Positions 16,914-26,296 of a stretch of DNA of 44,083 nucleotides are shown here, in pieces. Both the position numbers and the translations under genes were made by a program. The notes beneath the pieces were generated by a model that was not told where the DNA came from, did not search any database, and worked only from the letters and a program-made list of their open reading frames with translations. Position 1 is the stretch's first letter; each line of letters opens with the position of its first letter. The DNA is from an uncultured Gammaproteobacteria bacterium (GTDB lineage Bacteria > Patescibacteriota > Microgenomatia > PFEM01 > JAHIFH01), in contig CAZZHA010000002.1 in the NCBI GenBank assembly GCA_964653685.1, positions 1-44,083 on the forward strand, read 5' to 3'.

Positions 16914-18948
16914 AAAACTGATTTCGATTTCCATTTTAATGGGAATTTTGGTTTTAGTTTCCGTTTCTCTAATTGAGGCAAAATGTGATTCTGGAGATCA
17001 GGAATGTTTACGTAAGAAAAGAGCGGAAAAGAGTTGCAGTAGTGCCGATGATCGAGACAGCTGTCGAGGAGATAGAAGTGAAGCGAGAAGGCAGATTGCT
17101 GAAGAACAGGCGCGACGAGCGACCGGAACTGGGGGCGAGACAAATCTAGGAGTAACACCCGAGGAAATGGGACATTACGCTTATGAAACAGAAGTCAATC
17201 GCTGTTTGGCGGCTGGAGGTTCAGATTGTCAAGCTAAAGCTGAAGTTAAGGCTCGAGAAGCTTTTTTGACTCAAGAAAAAACCTGGGGAGAGGCAGGTAT
17301 TAGTTATACGCCAGAGGAAAAAGAAATGATTAGAGTGGCTGATGAAACGAGAAAAAGTCTATTGAGCGACCCAAAAGGATTGAGTCAAGATGATATCTGG
17401 GTAGCTTCAGAGCTAGAGGCAATGGTTAGTAGTGGTGTTGTGCCTGAGGAAGTAGCTGAGACAATTAAAGAAGGTTTAGGTGGAGAAGTTTCGGCTGGAA
17501 AAGAGGTTATTGTCTATATTAAGGACGAAGAAGGAAGAAAGATACCAGTAGTTTCCAGATCTTTAGCAGCAGATATTGGAGAAAAAATAATTAAATTAAG
17601 AGATGAAAATCCAACTAAATATAAAGAAATGATTAATGGATATAAAGAGGCAATAAAATCTTTTGATAGTAAAACTCAAGAAAATGTCAAATTAAAACCC
17701 GTTAAAGCAAAAGAGACAAAGCCTAGTTTGACCTTATCAGAAAAAACTGTCGATTCTGGTTACACACCAGCCCTTAGAAGGTATTCTCCCATTCAAAAAA
17801 CTTCGGGACCAACTCTTGGCGACAAGACAGAAATCTACAAAATTAGTAGCAACTCGACAAAGAATGAGTTTTTTGTTTCCTCAAGAGTAATTGAAAATAT
17901 CATAAGTGAGGTAGGGGGAAGGTTATCCGAATTGGTTGATTTGGGAACTTTGAGAATAAGTGTCGGTGATTTACCTTCAGATTGGGAGGTGACAGGAGTT
18001 GTCGCCGGCTCTATTAGCGCTTCAGGCTCTTCTCTAGAACTAGCTCTTTCTGGTGATGCGAGGGTTGAAATTGGTTTGACGAAGGTTTCTGGATTTGAAT
18101 CACAATTAAATAAAACCATTGAGAATATTAAAGATGCGATTCCAGGTTCTAAGGGGGGACAAAAGACTAATATTAATCAGGGAGGGAAAAATGGGAAGGA
18201 TACTCTTGGCGTTAAAAGTGAGGCAACTGATCAGTCAAATCAAGGGGTACTTAATATTTCTTTGTTTAATGATAAAAATGGTAATGGTAAGAAAGATGAA
18301 GGAGAGGAAGATTTACAAGTGGAGGGGGTTGAAGTCACTCTTGAGAAGTTAACCGAAAATATTGTTTATACTTTGTTGGAAGGCTGGAACCTAGTTTCTT
18401 TTCCTGTTATTCCTCAAGATTTCGGGACAGCTTCAGAGCTGATTAGTCAGGCTAAGGATCAGGGAATTGATTTAACCACGGTGGCTTACTGGGATGGGGA
18501 TAGGTGGCAGGAATTTGTTCAGCGAGGCGATAAGTCTTTTGGCCAGGATTTTCTTCTAGAGCCAGGTATTCCTTATCTCCTCCGAAACTACACTCATTTA
18601 ATTGATTTTAAAGTAACTGGTTTTCCTTTAGCCAAGGCAATTCCTTTGGAATTTGAAGAGGGTTGGAATGCGGTTGGTTTCCCTTTCCTTTCTTCAGAAT
18701 CTCAAGCAGAAGATATTTTAGACAGAATTAATCAGCTCGAATGTGCCAAGAACAATCTTGAGTGTCTTGACTCACCTGAAAAACAAAACGCTGAATCAGT
18801 TAGTTATTATTCTTCTGGCCAATGGCAGATGTTTATTAAACGTCATTATTCAGAAGATGATGTTGAAGTTTATGGTGATAATTTTGAAATAGAGAATACC
18901 AAGGGCTACTTTTTGCCTATCAAGAAGCCGGTCGAGTTTACTCCCTGA
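16906..18948 (+). CDS. large secreted or surface protein (680 aa), unknown function
   Basis: Signal or TM segment, an N-terminal Cys-rich charged region, and an SdrD-B/Cna-B-like stretch (FNDKNGNGKKDEGEEDLQVEGVEVTLEKL). Overlaps the previous gene by 8 nt. Confidence 0.6.
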   Translation: MIKKLISISILMGILVLVSVSLIEAKCDSGDQECLRKKRAEKSCSSADDRDSCRGDRSEARRQIAEEQARRATGTGGETNLGVTPEEMGHYAYETEVNRCLAAGGSDCQAKAEVKAREAFLTQEKTWGEAGISYTPEEKEMIRVADETRKSLLSDPKGLSQDDIWVASELEAMVSSGVVPEEVAETIKEGLGGEVSAGKEVIVYIKDEEGRKIPVVSRSLAADIGEKIIKLRDENPTKYKEMINGYKEAIKSFDSKTQENVKLKPVKAKETKPSLTLSEKTVDSGYTPALRRYSPIQKTSGPTLGDKTEIYKISSNSTKNEFFVSSRVIENIISEVGGRLSELVDLGTLRISVGDLPSDWEVTGVVAGSISASGSSLELALSGDARVEIGLTKVSGFESQLNKTIENIKDAIPGSKGGQKTNINQGGKNGKDTLGVKSEATDQSNQGVLNISLFNDKNGNGKKDEGEEDLQVEGVEVTLEKLTENIVYTLLEGWNLVSFPVIPQDFGTASELISQAKDQGIDLTTVAYWDGDRWQEFVQRGDKSFGQDFLLEPGIPYLLRNYTHLIDFKVTGFPLAKAIPLEFEEGWNAVGFPFLSSESQAEDILDRINQLECAKNNLECLDSPEKQNAESVSYYSSGQWQMFIKRHYSEDDVEVYGDNFEIENTKGYFLPIKKPVEFTP

Positions 18949-18987
18949 TCCTTTTAATAGTCTTTTTCCAAAATTGTGAAAAAAGTA

Positions 18988-18996
18988 TGCTATAAT
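18988..18996 (+). promoter_or_regulatory. extended -10 promoter 9 nt upstream of the ATG at 19006
   Basis: TG-C-TATAAT, then cagaccaaa, then ATG. It lies inside the N-terminal extension offered by the ORF track, which argues for the shorter start. Confidence 0.45.
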
Positions 18997-19005
18997 CAGA
19001 CCAAA

Positions 19006-19674
19006 ATGTCCGAAAGATTAAAACCATCAGGGATTATTTCTGATGTTGATAATACCATCATCGCTACCAGTTCCTTTTTTAAGGAACATATTAATAGAAC
19101 TTGTCAAAGACTTAAAATAATGATTCCAAGTGCGGATGAAATTACTAAGGTTTTGAGAACAAACCCGGCTTTTGAGGATGTTTTTAATCAACTCTTTGGT
19201 GAAGCGAAAGGACCTGAAGTTCTCGAAGCTTATAGAGAAGACGCACCCCAATATGATTATCAACCTACAGCCAGGGCGGTTGAGTTTATTAGTTTAACCG
19301 ATGAACTCAAAATACCAGTGGTGATTGTCACTAACCGAGTGAGGATGATAGAAGATAGGTTAAAACAGGCTGGTTTTACGCCTGAATCTTTTGAAGATAT
19401 TGTCAGCCTTGATTTCCCTAAACCCGATCAGCACGCTTACGATTCCGCCATTAGGAGTTTAATTAATCTCGGGGCAAAAAGGGAAAAGATTGTCTTTATT
19501 GGCGATCATCCAGATGATTTTCTGGCTGTACCGGATGATTTAAGAAAGAATTTTTACGCTGTTTTATCAGGATTAAGTGAATCTCAAGAATTTGAAGAAC
19601 TTGGCTTACCTCCTAATAATATCTTATCTAATCTAGAAGGACTGATTGATAAAATCAGATTGTCAAATGGCTGA
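19006..19674 (+). CDS. HAD-superfamily hydrolase
   Basis: Motif I ISDVDNTII (DxDxT), VTNR, and GDHPDD (motif IV). Confidence 0.7.
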   Translation: MSERLKPSGIISDVDNTIIATSSFFKEHINRTCQRLKIMIPSADEITKVLRTNPAFEDVFNQLFGEAKGPEVLEAYREDAPQYDYQPTARAVEFISLTDELKIPVVIVTNRVRMIEDRLKQAGFTPESFEDIVSLDFPKPDQHAYDSAIRSLINLGAKREKIVFIGDHPDDFLAVPDDLRKNFYAVLSGLSESQEFEELGLPPNNILSNLEGLIDKIRLSNG

Positions 19675-21034
19675 AATAAAAAAGCCCAAATCTTTTAATT
19701 ACCTAACAGCAATTTCCTCTATCGATGGTAGGTTCAGGGGAAGAGTTGAAGAGATTTCAAAATACTTTTCAGAAATGGCCGTAATCAGAGGCAGGGTTTT
19801 TGTGGAAATTGAATACCTGATTGCGTTTTTAGCGGAAATTGGAAAACCTTTGTCGCTAAGTCAAAAGAAATCGTTAAGAAAAGTCGCTTCACAGTTTGAT
19901 GAAGCTGATGCCGAAATAGTCTGGAAAAAAGACCTGGAAATTAATCACGATACCAAGGCAGTTGAATATTTTTTAGGGCAAAAATTAGAAGAATTAAAAC
20001 TCCAAGTACTTAGAAATTTTTTACATTTTGGCCTGACTTCAACCGATATTGATAACACAGCTTTTTCTCTTTCTTTAAGTGAATTTAGAGCAGAGGTCTT
20101 ATTACCCTCACTCAAAAACTTAATCAGTGTTCTCCAGAAGCTGGCCAAAGAAAATAAAAACCTGGTGATGCTGGCTCGAACTCACGGTCAAGTCGCTGTT
20201 CCCACAACCGCCGGCAAGGAAATGGCCAATTTTAGAAACAGACTAGCTGTTCAATTAGACAAGTTGGCTAAATTAAAAATTGGCAGCAAGATAAGTGGCG
20301 CTGTCGGTAATCACAATGCTTTAGTGGCTGCCTATCCAAATAAAAATTGGCTAAAGTTTTCTAAAAAATTTATAAACTCTCTGGGACTTGAGTTCTATCC
20401 GATGTCAACTCAAGTTGAACCTTACGATTATAAAGTAGATTTTATTCAAACCATCAAAAGAATAAATTTAATCGTTGGTGCTCTTGATGAAGACGTCTGG
20501 AGATATCTTGCCCTGGGTTATCTTTCTCTGAGAGATGAAAAGGGCCACGTTGGCTCATCGACCATGCCTCAGAAAATTAACCCCATTGGCTTTGAGATGA
20601 GCGAAAATTACACAAACCTGGCCAACGGCCTGTTAGATATCTTTGAAAAACGTCTGCCTCTTAATCGGTGGCAAAGGGATTTAACTGATAAGTATTTGTT
20701 AAGAGATTTAGGTCTGGCGATGGCGATGTCGTTTTTGGCATATGATTCAACCGCTAAGGCTTTAAAACAGATTGGATTTAACAAAGAATTGATTGGTCAA
20801 GACCTAGAAAACCACTGGGAGTCAATTGCTGAAGGGATTCAGACAATTCTCAGAACCACGGACTATACCCAGCCCTACGAAAAACTAAAAGAATTAACTC
20901 GCGGTAAAAAATTTACCAAGGAAGATTACGAGAAATTTATTGAAGAAATCGATGTTGCCGATGAAGTTAAAGATAAACTTCGTAAATTATCCCCCCAAAC
21001 TTATACTGGTCTGGCAAAAAAACTGGCTGGCTAA
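19667..21034 (+). CDS. purB: adenylosuccinate lyase
   Basis: LTAISSIDGRFRGRV N-terminus as in E. coli-type PurB, plus the fumarate-lyase signature GSSTMPQKINP. Confidence 0.9.
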   Translation: MAEIKKPKSFNYLTAISSIDGRFRGRVEEISKYFSEMAVIRGRVFVEIEYLIAFLAEIGKPLSLSQKKSLRKVASQFDEADAEIVWKKDLEINHDTKAVEYFLGQKLEELKLQVLRNFLHFGLTSTDIDNTAFSLSLSEFRAEVLLPSLKNLISVLQKLAKENKNLVMLARTHGQVAVPTTAGKEMANFRNRLAVQLDKLAKLKIGSKISGAVGNHNALVAAYPNKNWLKFSKKFINSLGLEFYPMSTQVEPYDYKVDFIQTIKRINLIVGALDEDVWRYLALGYLSLRDEKGHVGSSTMPQKINPIGFEMSENYTNLANGLLDIFEKRLPLNRWQRDLTDKYLLRDLGLAMAMSFLAYDSTAKALKQIGFNKELIGQDLENHWESIAEGIQTILRTTDYTQPYEKLKELTRGKKFTKEDYEKFIEEIDVADEVKDKLRKLSPQTYTGLAKKLAG

Positions 21035-21103
21035 AGATTGAGGTAATGGATCAGAATTAAAGACAAGTAGCAAAGTCCTTAAAGAGATATTTTACCAGTA
21101 ATT

Positions 21104-21112
21104 TGTTAGAAT
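21104..21112 (+). promoter_or_regulatory. extended -10 promoter 9 nt upstream of the ychF ATG
   Basis: TG-T-TAGAAT, then atcctcatt, then ATG at 21122. Confidence 0.45.
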
Positions 21113-21121
21113 ATCCTCATT

Positions 21122-21922
21122 ATGTTAGAAGTTGGGATTGTCGGTCTTCCCAATAGTGGTAAATCGACTCTTTTTAACACTCTTCTTAAAAAGCAGGTGG
21201 CTAATGTTGCTTCTTATCCTTTTACGACGATTGAACCGAATGTGGGGGTGGTTGAAGTGCCTGATGAGCGGTTGGCGAAATTAGCTTCGGTTATTAACCC
21301 TGAAAAGATTATTCCAGCGGTGGTCAAGTTCATTGATATTGCTGGTTTGGTCAAGAACGCTCATCAAGGTGAAGGTTTGGGTAATCAATTTCTAGCTAAG
21401 ATTAGAGAGGTTGATGCGGTTGTTCAGATTATTCGGGCTTTTAAAGATGAGTCGGTTTCCCATTATTATGGTTCAATTGATCCTCAGAGAGATAAAGAGA
21501 TAGTTGATTTGGAGTTAGAGTTGGGAGAGATTAAGAAACCGACTCTTTATGTGGTTAATGTTGATGATTTTGGTAGTGATAATGGTCCTGATTTGGTGGT
21601 TAATGCCAAAACGGGTAAGGGGGTTGATGAATTGATTAAAAAGACTTATGAGCTTTTGGATTTGATTACCTTTTACACGGTTAAGGGGAATAAGGAGATA
21701 ACAGCCTGGTCTTTGAAAAAAGGTTTGACCGCTTTTGTGGCTGCCGAAAAAGTTCATACTGATATGGCTAAAGGCTTTATCAAAGCTGAAGTGATTGGTT
21801 TTGATGATTTGGTGGCGGCTGGAAGTTGGTTAGGAGCTAAGAGTCAAGGCAAGGTGAGATTAGAAGGTAGGGATTATTTAGTTAAGGATGGCGATGTAAT
21901 TGAATTTAAGTTTAATGTTTAG
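21122..21922 (+). CDS. ychF: YchF/OLA1-type ribosome-binding ATPase, shortened (266 aa)
   Basis: GIVGLPNSGKSTLFN, ASYPFTTIEPNVGVV, DIAGLVKNAHQGEGLGNQFL, and a C-terminal TGS-like end (RLEGRDYLVKDGDVIEFKFNV). The helical insertion domain is largely absent. Confidence 0.85.
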   Translation: MLEVGIVGLPNSGKSTLFNTLLKKQVANVASYPFTTIEPNVGVVEVPDERLAKLASVINPEKIIPAVVKFIDIAGLVKNAHQGEGLGNQFLAKIREVDAVVQIIRAFKDESVSHYYGSIDPQRDKEIVDLELELGEIKKPTLYVVNVDDFGSDNGPDLVVNAKTGKGVDELIKKTYELLDLITFYTVKGNKEITAWSLKKGLTAFVAAEKVHTDMAKGFIKAEVIGFDDLVAAGSWLGAKSQGKVRLEGRDYLVKDGDVIEFKFNV

Positions 21923-21979
21923 TGGTTGTGAGAAGAGAGAATTTATGGTAAAATCTTGGAGAATTAAGGATAAAAAGTT

Positions 21980-22264
21980 ATGCGTGATTACGAGTTAGTT
22001 TTAGTGATTGATCCAGGTTTATCTGGAGCTGATCGAAAAAAACAAGTCAATAAAGCCCAAAAGATTGTTGAAGCCGCAAAAGGTAAGGTTGAGAAAAAAA
22101 GTGAGTGGGGGCAGATGGAATTGGCATACCCCATTAAGAAAAAAACCCTGGGGTATTATTTTTTATTGGAAATAGGTTTGCCTTCAGGTATTCTCAAAAA
22201 GGTTAGGGACCAATTAATATTGGAAGACAAGATTATTCGTTATTTACTAGTCAAAAAGGAGTGA
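21980..22264 (+). CDS. rpsF: 30S ribosomal protein S6
   Basis: MRDYELVLVIDP...WGQMELAYPIKK pattern. Canonical rpsF-ssb-rpsR order. Confidence 0.9.
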   Translation: MRDYELVLVIDPGLSGADRKKQVNKAQKIVEAAKGKVEKKSEWGQMELAYPIKKKTLGYYFLLEIGLPSGILKKVRDQLILEDKIIRYLLVKKE

Positions 22265-22280
22265 GGGCTAAAGGAGGAAT

Positions 22281-22835
22281 ATGGCAGCTAGATCGCTCAA
22301 TAAAGTTCAGTTAATTGGTAATTTAACTCGGGATCCCGAGTTGCGTTATACCCCTCAAGGGACAGCCGTTTGTACCTTTGGGTTGGCGACTAATCGTGCT
22401 TGGGTAACCGAGGCCGGTGATCAAAAAGAAGATACCGAGTTCCATCGGATTGTTGCCTGGAACAAACTAGCTGAGATTTGTTCTCAGCTTTTATTTAAAG
22501 GTAGAAAGGCCTATGTTGAGGGTCGACTAAAAACCAGGCAATGGACGGCTCAAGACGGTAATCTTCGTCAGACAACCGAGATTGTTATTGACGAGATGTT
22601 GATTCTTGATTCCAAGCAGATGCCTGATGAGGGAGTAACAGAAGGGGCGGTGCCTGAAGAACCAGTCGAAATGAAAGAGGAAGTTCCTTCTGAGGAGGAA
22701 GCTGGTTCGGCTGAGGCTGAGAAAAAAGAGCCGACATCAAAGGCAACCAAGTCAGCCACTGATCAGCCAAAAACTAAAAAGGCTGATGAAAAGAAAAAAG
22801 AAGAAGAGGTCAAAGCCGAAGACATACCGTTCTAA
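22281..22835 (+). CDS. ssb: single-stranded DNA-binding protein
   Basis: LNKVQLIGNLTRDPELRYTPQGTAVCTFGLATNR OB-fold start, an acidic C-terminal tail, and a DIPF tip. Confidence 0.95.
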   Translation: MAARSLNKVQLIGNLTRDPELRYTPQGTAVCTFGLATNRAWVTEAGDQKEDTEFHRIVAWNKLAEICSQLLFKGRKAYVEGRLKTRQWTAQDGNLRQTTEIVIDEMLILDSKQMPDEGVTEGAVPEEPVEMKEEVPSEEEAGSAEAEKKEPTSKATKSATDQPKTKKADEKKKEEEVKAEDIPF

Positions 22836-22867
22836 TTTTTAATAATTAATAGAACTCTTAAAATCTT

Positions 22868-23098
22868 ATGAAACCAAGATTAAAGCGTCCCGTTAGGGGC
22901 TTAAAATGTTCTTTTTGTGAATCAGATGAAAAGCCTGATTACAAAGAGATCGAAATTCTAAAGAATTTTATAGATGATCGAGGTAAAATTATTCCTCGGA
23001 TTCGTTCTGGTGTTTGTGCCAAACACCAGCGTCGTTTAGCCCAATCAATTAAGAGAGCCAGGTATTTAGGTTTAATTCCTTTTACGACTCAACCTTAA
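22868..23098 (+). CDS. rpsR: 30S ribosomal protein S18
   Basis: CSFCESDEKPDYKEIEILKNFIDDRGKIIPRIRSGVCAKHQRRLAQSIKRARYLGLIPF. Confidence 0.95.
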   Translation: MKPRLKRPVRGLKCSFCESDEKPDYKEIEILKNFIDDRGKIIPRIRSGVCAKHQRRLAQSIKRARYLGLIPFTTQP

Positions 23099-23102
23099 AG
23101 AA

Positions 23103-23906
23103 ATGACTGCCCCAAAAGTTAGTCTAGAAAAAGTTACTGCCTCCGTCACTTTACCTCTTCCTTCTGGAGCTGATTTAAAAGTTTCTAAAGACCAAAAAGT
23201 TAAAGAGGGACAGTTAATCGCTGAAAGAAAAGCTTCTTTTCAGACCAAGAGCTATCATCTCCATAAATTAATTAGCGTCTCGCCAAAAAAAGCAATGAAG
23301 TGTTTGGTAAAAAAACTGGGAGAAGAGATCAAACAGGGAGAATTAATTGCCCAAAAACAGGGCTTATTAGGTAAGGGCGAAAAATTTATGGCACCTTTAG
23401 ACGGAATTTTAGATTCTTTGACTGAGGACGGAGTTTTAAGGATAAAAAAAGAGGTGGTTGAAGAAAAACTGAAAGCCCCTTTTGACAGTAGAGTCAGTGC
23501 TCTTTCCCCAGATTCGGTGGGTTTGTCTTTTGTGGCTTTAGAGATCAAAGGAGCCTGGGGAAAAGGTGGCAAAGCGACTGGCTATTTAATGGTGATTGAT
23601 GATGAAGATTATGATTTATTCTCTCTTGACACCTCCTGTCGACAACAGATTATGGCTCTTCAAGGAAAATTACCAAAGGGCTTATGGTACAAGGGCACCA
23701 GTTTAGGTCTAGCTGGCTTTATTGTCGGCGGTTTTGTTGAGAAATCTTTAATTAAAGAAATTGAAGAAGATGATGATATTTTGCCAATAGTGATCTTAGG
23801 AGAAAACGATAAAATTAATGAAGAAATCTGGAAAGAATTAAAAGATACTAATGGTAAGATGATTTTAATTGATGGTCAGCAAAAGCGAGTTTTAATTCCT
23901 AAATAA
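23103..23906 (+). CDS. hypothetical protein with lipoyl/barrel-sandwich-like hairpins (267 aa)
   Basis: KVSKDQKVKEGQLIAERK and IKQGELIAQKQG...MAPLDGIL resemble biotinyl/lipoyl-like hybrid motifs. No catalytic motif was seen. Confidence 0.5.
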   Translation: MTAPKVSLEKVTASVTLPLPSGADLKVSKDQKVKEGQLIAERKASFQTKSYHLHKLISVSPKKAMKCLVKKLGEEIKQGELIAQKQGLLGKGEKFMAPLDGILDSLTEDGVLRIKKEVVEEKLKAPFDSRVSALSPDSVGLSFVALEIKGAWGKGGKATGYLMVIDDEDYDLFSLDTSCRQQIMALQGKLPKGLWYKGTSLGLAGFIVGGFVEKSLIKEIEEDDDILPIVILGENDKINEEIWKELKDTNGKMILIDGQQKRVLIPK

Positions 23907-23910
23907 TAAA

Positions 23911-25146
23911 ATGAGATTCAGACTAAATTTAAAACAAATTAGATTAATTATTTTTATCATTGCTTTGGTTCTTTTGGCGGGGGGAATAGGTTATCGATTA
24001 GGTGGTCAAGGATTAACGATCAACTTCGGTGGTCCAAAGCGAATTAGTATTGATCGAACCGGACCGGTTGATAAAAGTCTTGATTTCTCTTTATTCTGGA
24101 CGGCTTGGGATCGAGTCTTTGCTTCTTATTTAGATAAAAGCGCCCTTCAGCCTCAGGAGATGATTTACGGAGCGGTCAGGGGCATGGTTAATTCTTTAGG
24201 CGATCCTTACACGGTTTTTCTTTCTCCAGATGAAAATGAAGAAGCTAAAGGAAGTTTGAATGGGACTTTTGAGGGAGTCGGTATTCAGCTTGGCTATGTT
24301 GATGAACAATTAGCGGTGATTGCGCCTTTAGCCGGGATGCCAGCGGAAAAGGCTGGAGTCAAAGCCGGCGATTTGATTCTTAAGATTGACGACAAAGAGA
24401 CAATTGATATGAGTTTGCCTGAAGCAGTCAATCTTATTAGAGGACCTGAAGGAACAAAAATCAGATTGACCCTCATTCATCAAGGAGAAATGGAACCTTA
24501 TGAAGTTTCGATTGTCCGCGAAACAATTGTTGTTTCCAGTATTGAAATAGAATTTATTGATGGCAATTGCCTACCTAAAGGATCTTGCTTGGTGGCTCAT
24601 TTGAAATTAATGAGATTTGGTGATCGGACTAATGAAGAGTGGAATCAGGCTGTTAGTGATATTTTAGAAAAACCTGATGTCAAGGGAATTATTCTTGATC
24701 TGCGCAACAATCCAGGTGGTTATTTAAGCGGTTCGGTTTTTATTACTTCAGAATTTCTTAAGTCCGGGGTGGTGGTTTTACAAGAAGCGGCTAGTGGTCA
24801 TCAAGAACCTTATTCAGTTGATCGCGCCGGTAGACTTTTAAATCAGTCTTTAGTGGTTTTGGTTAATCAGGGGAGCGCTTCGGCTTCAGAGATTGTGGCC
24901 GGGGCTCTTCAAGAATCTAATCGGGCTCAAGTGGTGGGTGAGAAGACCTTTGGTAAGGGTACCATCCAGGAAGCCGAAGATTTGCCCGGAGGTTCAGGTT
25001 TGCACATCACCACCGCCCGGTGGCTTTTACCTTCAGGTAAATCTATTGACAAACAAGGAATTACGCCCAATAATCAGATAGTCGATGATCCGGAAACAGA
25101 AACTGATGAACAACTCCAAAAAGCAATTGAACTTTTGGTCGATTAG
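23911..25146 (+). CDS. ctpA: S41-family C-terminal processing peptidase
   Basis: TM anchor, a PDZ segment (GMPAEKAGVKAGDLILKID), RNNPGG, the Ser nucleophile motif GSASASEI, and TFGKGT (catalytic Lys). Confidence 0.9.
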   Translation: MRFRLNLKQIRLIIFIIALVLLAGGIGYRLGGQGLTINFGGPKRISIDRTGPVDKSLDFSLFWTAWDRVFASYLDKSALQPQEMIYGAVRGMVNSLGDPYTVFLSPDENEEAKGSLNGTFEGVGIQLGYVDEQLAVIAPLAGMPAEKAGVKAGDLILKIDDKETIDMSLPEAVNLIRGPEGTKIRLTLIHQGEMEPYEVSIVRETIVVSSIEIEFIDGNCLPKGSCLVAHLKLMRFGDRTNEEWNQAVSDILEKPDVKGIILDLRNNPGGYLSGSVFITSEFLKSGVVVLQEAASGHQEPYSVDRAGRLLNQSLVVLVNQGSASASEIVAGALQESNRAQVVGEKTFGKGTIQEAEDLPGGSGLHITTARWLLPSGKSIDKQGITPNNQIVDDPETETDEQLQKAIELLVD

Positions 25147-26290
25147 AAAAATTCTGATCGGCCTAGCCGTTGCCATTATTATTGTTGCTTCAGTTTTAGG
25201 TGGGGCGATTTCTGACCGCCTTTTTGGTTACAAAATTCTTGATCGTTTCTTTCCTCGAGAGGCCAGTCAATTGGTTACCCGCCAGCGGGTTTTGACTGAG
25301 GAATCAGTCGTCATTGATGTGGCTGAGAAAGTTAGTCCTTCGGTGGTGACCGTCCAGATAGCGATAGAGAAAAGCCTTATCAATCCTTTTGGTCTTGAGT
25401 TGGAACCCTTTGGTTTCAGTTTACCTCCAACTCAAGGAGAAACCGAAAAAGTTGAACAAGATATTGGCAGTGGCTTTATTATCTCTCAAGACGGTCTGAT
25501 TGTGACCAATAAACATGTGGTTAGTGATTTGCAGGCAGAGTACAAGGTAATTACTAATGATGACCAATCTTATAATGTCCAGAAGATTTATCGGGATCCG
25601 GTTAATGATTTGGCGATTTTAAAGATTGAGGCCAAGGGTTTGCAGCCAGTAGAAATGGGTGATTCGGATCAGTTGAAGGTCGGTCAATTTGTGATTGCCA
25701 TTGGAACGGCTTTAGGTGAGTTTCGCCATACGGTGACCACTGGAGTTGTTTCTGGTTTGGGTAGAGGAATCACCGCTGGTTCGCCTTACGAAGGCTATGT
25801 TGAGCAGCTAGATAACGTTATTCAAACTGATGCCGCCATTAATCCTGGCAATTCTGGAGGGCCACTTTTGAATTCCGCTGGCCAAGTGATTGGTATCAAT
25901 GTGGCGGTTGGGGCTGGTGAAAACATTGGTTTTGCTATTCCGATTAATGTTATTAAAGAAGCGATTGACAATTTTAACCAAACTGGTCAGTTTGCTCGTC
26001 CTTTTCTAGGAGTTCGTTATCAGATGATTAATCAGGATTTAGCTTTGATGAATGAAGTTCCTCAAGGTGCCTATGTAGTTGAAGTGGTGGCTGATTCAGC
26101 CGCAGCTAAAGCCGGGATTGAGACTGGAGACATTATTACTAGTTTTGATGGTCAACCAGTAAGAGAAGAAGAAGGAGGCTTGGCTAAATTAATTAATTCA
26201 AAAAAGATTGGTGATCAAGTTAATCTAAAGATTTGGCGGGATGGAGAAGAGAGTGATTTAAAGGTTACCCTGGAAGAATCTAATCAATAA
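25085..26290 (+). CDS. htrA: HtrA/DegP-family serine protease with a C-terminal PDZ
   Basis: TNKHVV (His), NDLAILKI (Asp), GNSGGPL (Ser), and a PDZ (AAAKAGIETGDIITSFDG). The start is uncertain (25085 or 25106); both overlap the ctpA end. Confidence 0.85.
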   Translation: MIRKQKLMNNSKKQLNFWSIRKILIGLAVAIIIVASVLGGAISDRLFGYKILDRFFPREASQLVTRQRVLTEESVVIDVAEKVSPSVVTVQIAIEKSLINPFGLELEPFGFSLPPTQGETEKVEQDIGSGFIISQDGLIVTNKHVVSDLQAEYKVITNDDQSYNVQKIYRDPVNDLAILKIEAKGLQPVEMGDSDQLKVGQFVIAIGTALGEFRHTVTTGVVSGLGRGITAGSPYEGYVEQLDNVIQTDAAINPGNSGGPLLNSAGQVIGINVAVGAGENIGFAIPINVIKEAIDNFNQTGQFARPFLGVRYQMINQDLALMNEVPQGAYVVEVVADSAAAKAGIETGDIITSFDGQPVREEEGGLAKLINSKKIGDQVNLKIWRDGEESDLKVTLEESNQ

Positions 26291-26296
26291 AAGTCT

